64,000 nt of DNA, from NCBI GenBank assembly GCA_002239105.1, contig MPNQ01000005.1, forward strand, positions 71,939 to 135,938, given 5' to 3'. Within the stretch, counting starts at the first letter, position 1, and each line of letters starts with the position of its first letter. The stretch comes from a marine group bacterium Sva0996 bin134 (GTDB taxonomy: Bacteria; Actinomycetota; Acidimicrobiia; Acidimicrobiales; Bin134). Positions 46,078 through 56,387 of the stretch are shown piece after piece. The notes beneath the pieces are model-generated. The model did not search any database, was not told the DNA's origin, and worked only from the letters and a program-made list of their open reading frames with translations. A program made the position numbers and the translations under genes.

Positions 46078-47006
46078 CTTGTGAGCGTTGCCCGAGGATG
46101 AGCGGCCCGATAGGCCTCCCAGAGCTTCTCTTTGGACACCATCGTGTACACCTGCGTGGTGGTGATGGAGGCATGGCCCAGCAGTTCCTGCACTGCTCGG
46201 ATGTCAGCGCCATGGTCCAGCAAATGGGTGGCGCACGAGTGGCGGAACACGTGAGGGGACACTTTGGCGCCCAACCCCACCTGCTGAGCCCTCTTCTTAA
46301 CCACCCCCCAAGCGCCTTGCCGGGACAAGCGGCGACCCCGCTGATTGAGCCAGATGGCTTCCTGGTCGTGCTGGGAACCCCAGCGCTCAGGCTCCATCTC
46401 TCCCCGCCCGGCGGGGACCAACCATGCGGTCAGCGCCTCATGGGCGCATCGGCCCACCGGCAGAATCCGCTCCCTTTGTCCTTTGCCCATAACCCGAACC
46501 GTGGCCCCTCCCAGGTCCAGATCGGCCATCGACATCCCCACCAACTCGCTGATGCGCATTCCGGTGCCGTAGAGCACCTCCAAGATGGCCCGGTCCCGTC
46601 GAGAAACCGCGTCGGAGCCGACCACAGCATCCATGATGGAGTCCACCTCGGCCTCGCTCAGCGCCTTGGGCACTGCTTTGGGCACTGTGGGAAGCTCCAA
46701 TTGGGAACCGGGGTCATCAGCTCGCCGACCCTCTACCACCAGGTATTGGTGAAAGGTCCGCACTGCGGTCATTGCCCGCTTCACCGATGACGGGGCCATG
46801 CCCCGGTTCTGCTGGTGGCGCATGAACGCCAAGAGATCTTCTTCGCTGGCTGTGTCGGGACTGCTTCCCCGGGCGGCCAAGACCTCGCAGTAGCCGTTCA
46901 GGTCCCGGCGATAAGCCTCACAGGTGCGGGGGGCGCGGCCTCGTTCCAGCACCAGCCAATCCAAGAACTCCTCAACCCCGCTCCCTACGCTCACCGCCGG
47001 CGGCAA
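46074..47006 (-). CDS. xerD: tyrosine recombinase XerD
   Basis: HVFRHSCATHLLDHGADIRAVQELLGHASITTTQVYT. pyrG-NUDIX-xerD synteny as in mycobacteria. Confidence 0.88.
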   Translation of the reverse strand: MPPAVSVGSGVEEFLDWLVLERGRAPRTCEAYRRDLNGYCEVLAARGSSPDTASEEDLLAFMRHQQNRGMAPSSVKRAMTAVRTFHQYLVVEGRRADDPGSQLELPTVPKAVPKALSEAEVDSIMDAVVGSDAVSRRDRAILEVLYGTGMRISELVGMSMADLDLGGATVRVMGKGQRERILPVGRCAHEALTAWLVPAGRGEMEPERWGSQHDQEAIWLNQRGRRLSRQGAWGVVKKRAQQVGLGAKVSPHVFRHSCATHLLDHGADIRAVQELLGHASITTTQVYTMVSKEKLWEAYRAAHPRATLTR

Positions 47007-47013
47007 GGGGTTC

Positions 47014-47559
47014 TCACCCCAGGCGCTCTCGGGCCAGCATCAAGCCGACGATGGACTTGGCGTCGACCAGCTCACCAGAGGCCACCAAGTCGGGCACGTC
47101 TGCCAGCTTGATGCGCTCGATGGCCATATGCTGCTCCTCGATGCCGTGTGGGTGCCGGTCGGTGTCGATCAGTTCGGTGGCGAGGTAGCAGTGGGTGATC
47201 TCGTCGCAGAACCCCGGAGAGTTGTGGAAGACCGCCAAGAGCTCCAATTGGCCGGCTCGCTTGCCGATCTCCTCCTCCAGCTCTCGCTGGGCCGTCACTT
47301 CCGGAGGTTCGTCCTTGCTGTCCAGTTTGCCCGCAGGAATCTCCAGCATCTCCCTATTCACTGCGGCCCGATACTGGCGCACCATGATTACCTCTTGGCC
47401 GTCGAGGGGGACCATCACTGCGGCCCCGGGATGGCGGACTATCTCCCGCTCATGAATGGAGCCGTCGGGTGCCCTGATTTCGGCAACGCTCAGCGACACC
47501 ACCCGTCCCTGCCACCCCTGGCGCTCTCCTACCGGGGTGAAGCCTTCCCCGTTATCCAT
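47014..47559 (-). CDS. NUDIX hydrolase (ADP-ribose pyrophosphatase-like)
   Basis: Nudix box GKLDSKDEPPEVTAQRELEEEIG. Confidence 0.85.
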   Translation of the reverse strand: MDNGEGFTPVGERQGWQGRVVSLSVAEIRAPDGSIHEREIVRHPGAAVMVPLDGQEVIMVRQYRAAVNREMLEIPAGKLDSKDEPPEVTAQRELEEEIGKRAGQLELLAVFHNSPGFCDEITHCYLATELIDTDRHPHGIEEQHMAIERIKLADVPDLVASGELVDAKSIVGLMLARERLG

Positions 47560-47578
47560 TTAAGGCACTCGGCCCTTC

Positions 47579-49285
47579 TCATCGATGGGCCGCAGACGAG
47601 GCATCTGCGACCGCCTCAGCCTGCTTTGGGGCCGAGCCGACATCCAACTCGGTGCTGACCTCATCGGCAGCTTGGGCAACCATGCCTATTTCTTTTCGAT
47701 CCAGCGCCGCCTTCACCAAGCCGCAGAACAGCGGAGCGGGCCGATCGGGGCGGCTCGTGAACTCGGGGTGGGCCTGAGTACCCACCCACCAGGGGTGGCC
47801 GTCCAACTCGATGAACTCCACCAATAGCCCGTCGGGCGACTCTCCCGCGACCACGAAGTCGGTGCCCTCAAAGCGGCCCCGGAGCTTGGGGTTGAACTCA
47901 TAGCGGTGCCGATGCCGCTCCGACACCACTTCGGCAGCGTACACCTCAGCCACCTTGGTCCCTGGTCGAAGCTTGGCCAGGCACGCCCCCAGACGCATGG
48001 TGCCGCCTTTGTCGGTGATGCTTCGCTGTGATTCCATCAAGTCGATGACCGGCCATGGGGTGCGGGGATCGAACTCGCTGGAATGGGCGTTGGCCAGGCC
48101 CAACACGTTGCGCGCGTAGTCGATGGTCATTACCTGGAGGCCTAGGCATAGGCCGAGGCAGGGAATACCGTTCTCCCGGGAGTAGGTGGCGGCATTGATC
48201 TTGCCCTCAATCCCCCGCTCACCGAACCCGCCGGGTATCACGATGCCGTCCAGATCCCTCAACAAGCTGTCGACCATCAGGCCCTCGACGCTCTCGGCCT
48301 GAATCCACTCGATCTCCACCGATGCACCGTGATGGATGCCAGCATGGTTCAACGCCTCGACCACCGAGAGATAGGCATCTTGGAGCGTCACGTACTTGCC
48401 TATGAGTCCGATGCGCACGTTGCGCTGGGCCATTTCCATGCGCTGGTTCAACCACTTCCAGTCGGTCAGATCGGGATCGGGGACGTTCAAACGCAGGATC
48501 TCGCACACCACGCCATCGAGGCCCTCGTCATGGAGCACCAGGGGGATCTCGTAGATGCTGTCGGCATCGGCCGCATTGACCACGGCGGATACGTCAACGT
48601 CGCACAGGCTGGAGATCTTGCGCTTCAACTCGTCGGAGATAGGCGACTCGCTGCGGCACACGATGGCGTCGGGCTGAACGCCACGGCTGCGGAGCTCAGT
48701 CACCGAGTGCTGGGTGGGCTTGGTCTTCTGCTCTCCCGTCGGGCCGATAAAGGGCACCAGGGTGACGTGGATGTAGCAGACATTGCCCCGGCCCACGTCC
48801 AGGCGCACCTGGCGGATGGCCTCTAGGTAGGGGAGGATCTCGATATCGCCGACGGTCCCGCCGATTTCGGTGATGACCACGTCCACGTCGTCGGACACGA
48901 GGCTGGAGATGCGGTTCTTGATCTCATTGGTGACGTGGGGAATCACCTGCACGGTCTTGCCCAGATACTCACCTTGGCGCTCCATGGCTATCACCGAGGA
49001 GTAGATGGAGCCGGTGGTGGCGTTGGAGAGCTTGGTGAGGTTCTCGTCGATAAACCGTTCGTAGTGGCCGAGATCCAGATCGGTTTCACCACCGTCGTCG
49101 GTTACGAACACTTCCCCGTGCTCGAAGGGGTTCATGGTGCCAGGGTCTACATTGATGTACGGGTCCAGCTTTTGCATGGTCACCCGCATACCCCGCTGCT
49201 TGAGCAAACGCCCTAGTGAAGCGGCCGTAAGCCCTTTGCCCAGCGAACTCGCCACACCGCCGGTTACAAAGATGTGCTTGGTCAC
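47579..49285 (-). CDS. pyrG: CTP synthase
   Basis: Start set to GTG 49285, giving [18 protein letters not shown]. GATase Cys in GLCLGLQ. Confidence 0.95.
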   Translation of the reverse strand: MTKHIFVTGGVASSLGKGLTAASLGRLLKQRGMRVTMQKLDPYINVDPGTMNPFEHGEVFVTDDGGETDLDLGHYERFIDENLTKLSNATTGSIYSSVIAMERQGEYLGKTVQVIPHVTNEIKNRISSLVSDDVDVVITEIGGTVGDIEILPYLEAIRQVRLDVGRGNVCYIHVTLVPFIGPTGEQKTKPTQHSVTELRSRGVQPDAIVCRSESPISDELKRKISSLCDVDVSAVVNAADADSIYEIPLVLHDEGLDGVVCEILRLNVPDPDLTDWKWLNQRMEMAQRNVRIGLIGKYVTLQDAYLSVVEALNHAGIHHGASVEIEWIQAESVEGLMVDSLLRDLDGIVIPGGFGERGIEGKINAATYSRENGIPCLGLCLGLQVMTIDYARNVLGLANAHSSEFDPRTPWPVIDLMESQRSITDKGGTMRLGACLAKLRPGTKVAEVYAAEVVSERHRHRYEFNPKLRGRFEGTDFVVAGESPDGLLVEFIELDGHPWWVGTQAHPEFTSRPDRPAPLFCGLVKAALDRKEIGMVAQAADEVSTELDVGSAPKQAEAVADASSAAHR

Positions 49286-49345
49286 GCCCGCCAAGCTTAG
49301 CGGCCGACTGCGACAACTTGCGGACCCGTAAACCGGCTATTGCCC

Positions 49346-50926
49346 TTAACCGCCGCTCTTGGACATCTCCAAGAGCTCGGACGCGTGGCGGCGGGCGCTG
49401 TCGCTGTCGGGGGAACCGGAGAGCATGCGAGACAGCTCGACGATTCGGTCCTCGCCTTCCAAGGGCTCGGCAAACACCGTGGTAGAAGCCCCGTCGTCGT
49501 GTTTGACGATGCTCACCTGCTGGTCGGCGCAGGCCGCTACTTGGGGCAGATGGGTGACGACCAGCACTTGGTGATCGGCAGTCAGGCGGGACAGTGCTCG
49601 GCCCACGGTCTGGGCCACTTGGCCGCCGATGCCGGCATCCACTTCATCGAACACCAGCACCGGAGGTCCCGCGCTGATCACCAAGCGGAGGGCCAACATG
49701 ACCCGGGCCAGTTCCCCTCCCGATGCGGCCGATGTGAGCGGCAGGCCGGGTGCGCCGCTGTTGGCCGCCAGCAATATGTCCACGTCGTCTCCGGGATCGT
49801 CACCCACCGCCACCTGCACCTCGGCTCGGGCCATGGCCAGCTCCCTCAAGTGGGCTGTCACCTCGATGCCCAGTGCTTTGGCCGCTATTCGTCGAGCCGC
49901 GCCCACCGCGGTACCGGCTTCGTCCACGGCCGCAGCGCGTCGATGGTGCTCGCCGTCCAGGTCTTTGGCCAAGCGGTCGAAGTCCTCCAGCTCAGCGAGG
50001 CGGGAGGAGAGATCACGGTGGAACTCCATGACCTCGGCCAGGGTTTCCCCGTATTTGCGGCGGAGATCCACGATCAGCTCTCGGCGATGTCTGATCTCGG
50101 CCAGGCGGGCTGGATTCTCGTCGATGGACTCGGACGCCCGACGCAGCTCAGTCGACAAGTCGGCAGCCTCGGCGGCCAATCCGGCCAACCGCTCGTAGTG
50201 GCTCCCTAGCGGCGGGCGGTTCTCCAGCGATGCAGTTATCTGAGCGAGCCCGGCACCCACCGCCCCGTCGGCTCCCAAGGTCACAGCAGCCTGTCGGGCT
50301 GCATCCCGGCTGGCTGCGGCGTCGGCCAGGGCGACCTCCTCGGCCTTGAGCGCCTCTTCCTCGCCCGGGTCTTCCAGGCCGGCCTCGTCCAGCTCGGCTA
50401 GCTGGAATCGGCACAGCTCGATCTCACGAGCCCTCGACCGTTCATCGCCGCCTAGCTCAGCTCGTCGCCGATTCAGATCGGCCAGCGCGGCCCTTGCCTC
50501 CATGAGGGGCGCCAAGTCCACGTCGCCGAATCGATCCAATGCAGCCCGTTGATGGACGCGGCGCAAAAGAGACTGGTGGGCGTGCTGGCCGTGCAGATCC
50601 ACCATCTCCCATCCCAACTCCGACAAGGTGGCAGCCGACGCCAACCGACCATCTACGTAAGCCCGAGCCCGACCGTCGGCGGGCACCACCCGCCGAAGCA
50701 CGATCTCCTCCCCTTGGTGGTCAAACCGGCCCTCAACGGTGGCCTCACTGGCCCCGAATCGCACCAACGCCGGGTCGGCTCGACCGCCCAACAGCAAGTC
50801 AACCGCCGTTACCACCAGGGTTTTCCCCGCGCCCGTCTCACCGGTCAGCGCGGTCATACCTGACCTCAGTACGAGATTGAGCCGCTCGATCACCCCCAGG
50901 TTCTCAACCGCCAGCTCAGTCAACAC
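49346..50926 (-). CDS. recN: DNA repair protein RecN
   Basis: LTGETGAGKT Walker A, coiled-coil middle, C-terminal SGGELARVMLAL and VLVFDEVDAGIGG. Confidence 0.92.
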   Translation of the reverse strand: MLTELAVENLGVIERLNLVLRSGMTALTGETGAGKTLVVTAVDLLLGGRADPALVRFGASEATVEGRFDHQGEEIVLRRVVPADGRARAYVDGRLASAATLSELGWEMVDLHGQHAHQSLLRRVHQRAALDRFGDVDLAPLMEARAALADLNRRRAELGGDERSRAREIELCRFQLAELDEAGLEDPGEEEALKAEEVALADAAASRDAARQAAVTLGADGAVGAGLAQITASLENRPPLGSHYERLAGLAAEAADLSTELRRASESIDENPARLAEIRHRRELIVDLRRKYGETLAEVMEFHRDLSSRLAELEDFDRLAKDLDGEHHRRAAAVDEAGTAVGAARRIAAKALGIEVTAHLRELAMARAEVQVAVGDDPGDDVDILLAANSGAPGLPLTSAASGGELARVMLALRLVISAGPPVLVFDEVDAGIGGQVAQTVGRALSRLTADHQVLVVTHLPQVAACADQQVSIVKHDDGASTTVFAEPLEGEDRIVELSRMLSGSPDSDSARRHASELLEMSKSGG

Positions 50927-50941
50927 TGTCTCGGATCCCGG

Positions 50942-51784
50942 TTAGCGGTCGGACAGACCGAAGGACGACTTGAGCGCTTGGTGGAAGCCCCTTCGGCCCA
51001 GGGTGACGAGACGAGCAGGCCGGTCAGAGACCGACACTGCCAGCGAGCCTCCTTCGCCTAGCTCCCCCAGCGAACGGCCGTCCACCGCCACTGCCGCCGG
51101 CCGGTCGCCCAGCACTTCGATTACCAGTTCGCTGGACGGAAGCAGCACCAAGCTGCGGTCGAACAGCGTGTGGGGGGCCACGGGAGTCAGGATCACTGCA
51201 TGCATAGTCGGAGCCAAGATGGGTCCACCAGCCGACAGGGAATAGGCCGTAGAACCGGTAGGAGTAGCCGCGATCAGGCCATCGGCGGCGTAGCTGGTGA
51301 AGAACTCCCCATCGATGTGGACGGCCAGATTTACAGTTCGCCCGCTGTCCACCTTCTCCACTATGGCCTCATTGAGAGCGCTCACCTCCGTGCCGTCCCC
51401 CAATCGGCAGGTCAGACGAATGCGCTCTTCGATGATGTAGTCCCCGGCCAAGAACTGCTCTATTGCTTGTGGGGCAGCCCCCGGCTGAACGCCGGTGAGG
51501 TAGCCCAGTGACCCGTAGTTGACCCCCAGCACGGGCACACCCTCATCTGCAGTTGCGGTAACCGCCCGGAGCATGGAGCCGTCTCCCCCCAAGCTCACCG
51601 CCAAGTCCAGCTTCTCGCCGATGCGGTCTTCGAGATGGGCGAGGTCGGCCCGATCTACCGCCTCAGCGGGTTCGGGCGGCAAGCGGATCTCATGTCCCTC
51701 GACATCCATCCGGTCGATCAAATCAGCCGCCAGCCTGAGTGCTTCAGGCCGGTCAGCGTGAACGAAAAGGGCGATTGCAGCCAC
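50942..51784 (-). CDS. nadK: NAD kinase
   Basis: GGDGSMLR motif. tlyA-nadK-recN synteny. Confidence 0.9.
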   Translation of the reverse strand: MAAIALFVHADRPEALRLAADLIDRMDVEGHEIRLPPEPAEAVDRADLAHLEDRIGEKLDLAVSLGGDGSMLRAVTATADEGVPVLGVNYGSLGYLTGVQPGAAPQAIEQFLAGDYIIEERIRLTCRLGDGTEVSALNEAIVEKVDSGRTVNLAVHIDGEFFTSYAADGLIAATPTGSTAYSLSAGGPILAPTMHAVILTPVAPHTLFDRSLVLLPSSELVIEVLGDRPAAVAVDGRSLGELGEGGSLAVSVSDRPARLVTLGRRGFHQALKSSFGLSDR

Positions 51785-51793
51785 GGAGTCAGG

Positions 51794-52597
51794 CTATTCG
51801 CCACCGGTGACAACATGGGCCACCACTTGGGAAGAATCCACCGATGCGGAGGTGCCGCCCTTTTCTAGGTGCAGAAAGAACTCAACGTTTCCCTGGGCGC
51901 CCTTGAGCGCCGACGGGACGGCAGCCTGTGGGCCAAGGTTGGCCGCCGCTGCCGTCTCCAGTACCCGATCGAGCGCGGCCCTCCACAGTTCGGGGTCGCG
52001 GATGACACCCCGGCCTCGGCTGGCCTCTTGACGTCCCACTTCGAATTGAGGCTTGACCAGTGCCACTATTGGTGCGCTTTGCACGGCCAGCTCGGCCAAG
52101 CAGGACATAACCGAAGTCAGGGAGATAAAGGACACATCGGCGGTAACCAGGTCAAACGGGGCCCCGATTGCGGCAGGGTCGACATCGCGGACGTCGGTGC
52201 GCTCGTAGACGGTCACCCGGCGGTCGGCAGCCAGGCGCTCGTGCATCTGGGCCCGACCCACATCAATGGTCACCACGCCAGCCGCGCCGCTTTGCAACAG
52301 GCAGTCGGTGAATCCACCGGTGGACGCACCCACGTCGCAGCATCGCCAACCGGTGACATCCAAGCCAAAAGCAGCCAGTGCACTTTCCAACTTCTCTCCG
52401 CCTCGGCTCACATAGCGGGCTGGCGGACCGACCAATTCAAGGGCATCGCCGGGAAGAACCAGACGAGCCGCTTTATGAGCCACGGCTCCATTCACGGTGA
52501 CCTGACCAGAGGCCACTGTCTCCCGGGCTCGATCCCGGCTCGCCACTATGCCGCGGCGGACCAGCTCTGCGTCCAGCCTCCGGCGTGACCCCTTCAT
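51794..52597 (-). CDS. tlyA: TlyA family rRNA 2'-O-methyltransferase
   Basis: N-terminal S4 domain (RLDAELVRRGI) plus the FtsJ-type SAM site DVGASTGGFTD. Confidence 0.88.
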   Translation of the reverse strand: MKGSRRRLDAELVRRGIVASRDRARETVASGQVTVNGAVAHKAARLVLPGDALELVGPPARYVSRGGEKLESALAAFGLDVTGWRCCDVGASTGGFTDCLLQSGAAGVVTIDVGRAQMHERLAADRRVTVYERTDVRDVDPAAIGAPFDLVTADVSFISLTSVMSCLAELAVQSAPIVALVKPQFEVGRQEASRGRGVIRDPELWRAALDRVLETAAAANLGPQAAVPSALKGAQGNVEFFLHLEKGGTSASVDSSQVVAHVVTGGE

Positions 52598-52602
52598 CCC
52601 AC

Positions 52603-53400
52603 CTATTCAAGCCCCATCTGATCAACCAAGGCGGCCAAATCGGGGGCGCAATACTTCGGCTCTGGAGACACCGGCAGGTCGTGTTCGCCAACCACCCCGC
52701 TCAGCACCAATGCGAATTCGTAGTCCAGGGCCTCGGCGAATAGGCCGTCGGAGTCGGGGCGGTCCCCCACCACCACGCCGGATTCGCCGATTCTGCTGCG
52801 CACGCAATCCACAATGGGCTGGTTGGGCTTGCCCGCCATCGTGGGCACAGCCTCGGCGGCGGTAGCCACCGCGGCTAGGAGAGATCCGCCCCCCGGTTCC
52901 AGTCCGCGCTCGGTGGGGTAGCTGGGATCGTGGTTGGTGCCGATCAGCCGGGCGCCGCCGCGCACGGCCCGCATGGCCCGGCTGAGGGTGTCGTAGTTGA
53001 AGCTGGGATCCATGCCCACAACGACCGCGTCGGCAGGGTCCGAAGTGCAGACCTTAGCGCCCGCCAACTCCACCGCCTCGTCGATGCCTGGACCCCCCAC
53101 CACCAGCACCCGCTCGCCGGCATGGATGAGCTGGCCCGCCGCGGTGGCCGATGTGATCACCGATCCGGTGGCGTCGATCCCGCAGTCGGCCAGCTTGGCC
53201 TCCTGGTCAGCCACCGTCAGTGCAGACATGTTGGTGACGAACACCACGGGGGCGCTTGATCGTTGCAGGCGCTCCACGGCCCCAGCCGCACCGGGCACCG
53301 GGGTTCCGCCAACCCAGATCACTCCGTCCAGATCGAGCACCCAACCTCGTGGGGCGAGATGCCCAGACGATGAGTGAGGATTGCTCAGGAGACTTCCCAA
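52603..53400 (-). CDS. HAD-superfamily hydrolase (NagD-like subfamily IIA)
   Basis: DLDGV motif I and GDRPDSD motif IV. The start is uncertain: TTG 53400 overlaps korB by 16 nt, and GTG 53340 is the alternative. Confidence 0.8.
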   Translation of the reverse strand: MGSLLSNPHSSSGHLAPRGWVLDLDGVIWVGGTPVPGAAGAVERLQRSSAPVVFVTNMSALTVADQEAKLADCGIDATGSVITSATAAGQLIHAGERVLVVGGPGIDEAVELAGAKVCTSDPADAVVVGMDPSFNYDTLSRAMRAVRGGARLIGTNHDPSYPTERGLEPGGGSLLAAVATAAEAVPTMAGKPNQPIVDCVRSRIGESGVVVGDRPDSDGLFAEALDYEFALVLSGVVGEHDLPVSPEPKYCAPDLAALVDQMGLE

Positions 53401-54401
53401 GTAGGCCGGGAATGGAGCAAGGCCTCAAGGTCGCCGGGGCCAGACTGCTCTTGGGCCATAGCGAGCTGCTTGCTGGCCTCGCCGGCGTATTCCGACCGCT
53501 CCACCGCCCGGTAAACCCCGATTGGGGTGGGCTCAAAGGGGCCGGCCGCTAGCCGGGACAAGGCAAAAGCCAAACTGGGGTCCTGGCGGGTCTCGTCGTG
53601 GACCAACAAGGCCGACTCACCGACGTCGGCCACGTTTACCACCTCGGCGCTCCCTTGGGGATTGATCCGCACGCCCTTCTCGTCGTTCTCGCCAAAGCGG
53701 ATGGGCTTGCCGTGCTCAAGCGGTATGAGCATGGAGGCCCGCTTGTCCTTCTTGGTGATGGCCCCGAACGCCCCGTCGTTGAAAACGTTGCAATTCTGGA
53801 AAACCTCCACGAAAGAGGCGCCGGGAAAGTCGTGGGCCCGCCGGAACATGTCCATCATGTGCTGGCGGTCCATGTCGTGGGTGCGGGCCACAAAGCTGGC
53901 CTCGGCCCCGATGGCCACTGACACCGGGTTGAACGGCTCGTCGATGCTTCCCGCCGGGGTGGACTTGGTGACCTTGCCGATCTCGCTGGTGGGCGAGTAC
54001 TGGCCCTTGGTCAATCCGTAGATCTGGTTGTTGAACAGCAGGATGTTGAGGTTCACGTTGCGGCGCAGGGCGTGCAGCAGGTGATTGCCGCCGATGGACA
54101 GCATGTCGCCGTCCCCGCCCACAACCCACACATGCAACTCTGGACGGGCCATGGCCAAGCCGGTGGCCAGGGCGGGGGCCCGACCGTGGATGCCGTGCAT
54201 CCCGTAGGTGTTCATGTAGTAGGGGAACCGAGCGGCGCAGCCGATGCCTGAGACGAACACCGTGTCCTCGCGGCGCACGCCGAGGTCGGGCATGAGCATT
54301 TGAACCGCGGTCAAAATGGAGTAGTCCCCGCAGCCGGGGCACCAGCGAACCTCTTGGTCGCTGGTCCAGTCGGCTTTGGTTGTGGCGGGAGCGTCAGTCA
54401 T
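53385..54401 (-). CDS. korB: 2-oxoglutarate/2-oxoacid:ferredoxin oxidoreductase beta subunit
   Basis: WCPGCGDYSIL and ThDP-binding GGDGD. 8-nt ATGACTGA overlap with korA. Confidence 0.9.
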   Translation of the reverse strand: MTDAPATTKADWTSDQEVRWCPGCGDYSILTAVQMLMPDLGVRREDTVFVSGIGCAARFPYYMNTYGMHGIHGRAPALATGLAMARPELHVWVVGGDGDMLSIGGNHLLHALRRNVNLNILLFNNQIYGLTKGQYSPTSEIGKVTKSTPAGSIDEPFNPVSVAIGAEASFVARTHDMDRQHMMDMFRRAHDFPGASFVEVFQNCNVFNDGAFGAITKKDKRASMLIPLEHGKPIRFGENDEKGVRINPQGSAEVVNVADVGESALLVHDETRQDPSLAFALSRLAAGPFEPTPIGVYRAVERSEYAGEASKQLAMAQEQSGPGDLEALLHSRPTWEVS

Positions 54402-56271
54402 CAAGAACTCCGTTGATGTGCGAGTGAAGCTCGGCTGCGGTGAAGGGAACGCCCTCCACCTTGGCGACCGATTGGGCGTCTACCAGAAACTCGGCTCGGA
54501 TGATGCGGCAGAACTGGCCCAGGTTCATTTCCGGAACCAGCACCTTGGGATAGCGGCGCACGATGTCGCCCAAGTCTCGAGGCAGCGGGTTCAGGTGGGT
54601 GACGTGGGCATGGGCCACCTTGCGGCCCTCGGCCCGGGCTCGCATGACCGCGCTGGTGATGGCGCCCCAGGTGGAGCCCCATCCCAGCACCAGCAGATCG
54701 GCGTCGTCCACGTCGCCGTCCAGCATGGTGAGCGGGATGTCGTTGGCAATGTGGGCGACGCGCCTCTCGCGCAGCTTCACCATGTAGCCGTGGTTGTCGG
54801 CCTCGTAGTTGATGTTGCCGGTGCCGTCTTCTTTCTCAATGCCGCCGATGCGGTGGGTGAGGCCGGGCGTGCCCGGCACCGCCCACGGACGGGCCATGGT
54901 CTCGGGGTCGCGCAAGTAGGGCCAGTACACCTCGGTGCCGTCGTCTTCGGTGTGGTTGGGCGCGGTGGCGAATTCCACCGTCAAGTCAGGCAGCGTTGAC
55001 ACGTCGGGCAGGAGCCAGGGTTCGCTGCCGTTGGCCAGATAGCCGTCGGACAGCAAGATCACCGGCGTGCGGTACTTGAGGGCAATGCGGGCCGCTTCGA
55101 TTGCGGCGAAGAAGCACTGCGACGGGGAGTAGGCGGCCACGATGGGAACAGGCGACTCACCGTGGCGACCGTACATGGCCTGCATCAGGTCGGCGCTCTC
55201 GGTCTTGGTGGGCAGCCCGGTGGACGGCCCGCCTCGCTGGATGTTGATCACCAGAAGGGGCAGCTCGAGGCTGACCGCGAGCCCGATGGTCTCACCTTTG
55301 AGGGCGATGCCCGGTCCGCTGGTGGTGGTGATTCCTAGATGCCCGCCGAAGGACGCTCCCAGCGCGGCGCACACCGCGGCGATCTCGTCTTCGGCCTGAA
55401 GGGTTCGCACCCCGAAGTTCTTGCGCTGGCTCAGCTCGTGGAGGATGTCGCTGGCCGGAGTAATGGGATACGAACCCAAGAACAGGGGCACCTTGGCCTG
55501 CTGGCTGGCGGCCACCAGGCCCCAAGACAGCGCAGTGTTGCCGTTCACGTTGGTGTAAGTCCCCGGGGCCAGCGCGGCCGGCTTCACCTCATAGGTGAAG
55601 TCGAACAGCTCGGCAGTATCGCCGAAAGCCATACCCGCCTTGAACGCCGCGGTGTTGGCGTCGGCGATCAGCTGCTGGCGCTTGAACTTGGCCGAGATCC
55701 AATCCAGCGTGGGCTGGGCCGGCCGGCTGTAGAGCCAGGACAATAGGCCCAGGGCGAAGAAGTTCTTGGACCTCTCGGCGTCGCGGGGCTTCACCCCCAG
55801 GTCCTTGCAGACCTCCTTGGTGATGGTGGTCATCGGCACCTTGAACAGCGTGTAGTTGTCCAGGCTGCCGTCTTCCAGCGGATCGCTGTCGTAGCCGGCC
55901 TTGGTCAGGTTGCGCTCCACAAAGGCGTCCTGGTTGACGATCACGGTCCCGCCCATCTCCAGGTGGGCCAGTTCCTTGCGGAGGGCTGCGGGGTTCATGG
56001 CCACCAGCACGCTGGGAGCGTCGCCCGGCGTGGTGATGTTGTGGTCGGATACCTGCACTTGGAAGGCCGACACGCCGGCCAGGGTCCCCTGCGGCGCCCG
56101 GATCTCAGCCGGGAACTCAGGGAGCGTGGCCAAGTCGTTGCCGAAGAGCGCGCTGGCGCTGGTGAAGCGGTCACCCGTGAGCTGCATCCCATCGCCGGAG
56201 TCGCCCGCAAAGCGAACCACCAAGCGATTCAGCTCGCGAGTCCCGACGGTACGCGGCACGGTGTCTGTCAC
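54394..56271 (-). CDS. korA: 2-oxoglutarate/2-oxoacid:ferredoxin oxidoreductase alpha subunit (fused gamma-alpha)
   Basis: 625 aa. VVRFAGDSGDGMQLTG N-terminus. AAGGAGG lies 5 nt upstream of the GTG. Confidence 0.9.
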   Translation of the reverse strand: MTDTVPRTVGTRELNRLVVRFAGDSGDGMQLTGDRFTSASALFGNDLATLPEFPAEIRAPQGTLAGVSAFQVQVSDHNITTPGDAPSVLVAMNPAALRKELAHLEMGGTVIVNQDAFVERNLTKAGYDSDPLEDGSLDNYTLFKVPMTTITKEVCKDLGVKPRDAERSKNFFALGLLSWLYSRPAQPTLDWISAKFKRQQLIADANTAAFKAGMAFGDTAELFDFTYEVKPAALAPGTYTNVNGNTALSWGLVAASQQAKVPLFLGSYPITPASDILHELSQRKNFGVRTLQAEDEIAAVCAALGASFGGHLGITTTSGPGIALKGETIGLAVSLELPLLVINIQRGGPSTGLPTKTESADLMQAMYGRHGESPVPIVAAYSPSQCFFAAIEAARIALKYRTPVILLSDGYLANGSEPWLLPDVSTLPDLTVEFATAPNHTEDDGTEVYWPYLRDPETMARPWAVPGTPGLTHRIGGIEKEDGTGNINYEADNHGYMVKLRERRVAHIANDIPLTMLDGDVDDADLLVLGWGSTWGAITSAVMRARAEGRKVAHAHVTHLNPLPRDLGDIVRRYPKVLVPEMNLGQFCRIIRAEFLVDAQSVAKVEGVPFTAAELHSHINGVLDD

Positions 56272-56387
56272 GGAATCCTCCTTGATCCCTTGATGGCCAC
56301 TCGCTGACGCGGTGCCGGAATCCGAGGTTACCTAGTGGTGAACCTCAAGTGGCACATCCTCGGCAGTTGGGATGGCCATTGAGGAAT

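Noticed and set aside
45610-47559. HD-domain / XerD / NUDIX cluster considered as a possible mobile or defence module
   Set aside because: The pyrG-NUDIX-xerD order is the conserved chromosomal arrangement known from mycobacteria. XerD has the full chromosomal-dimer-resolvase signature. There are no flanking repeats, att-like sites or compositional shift.
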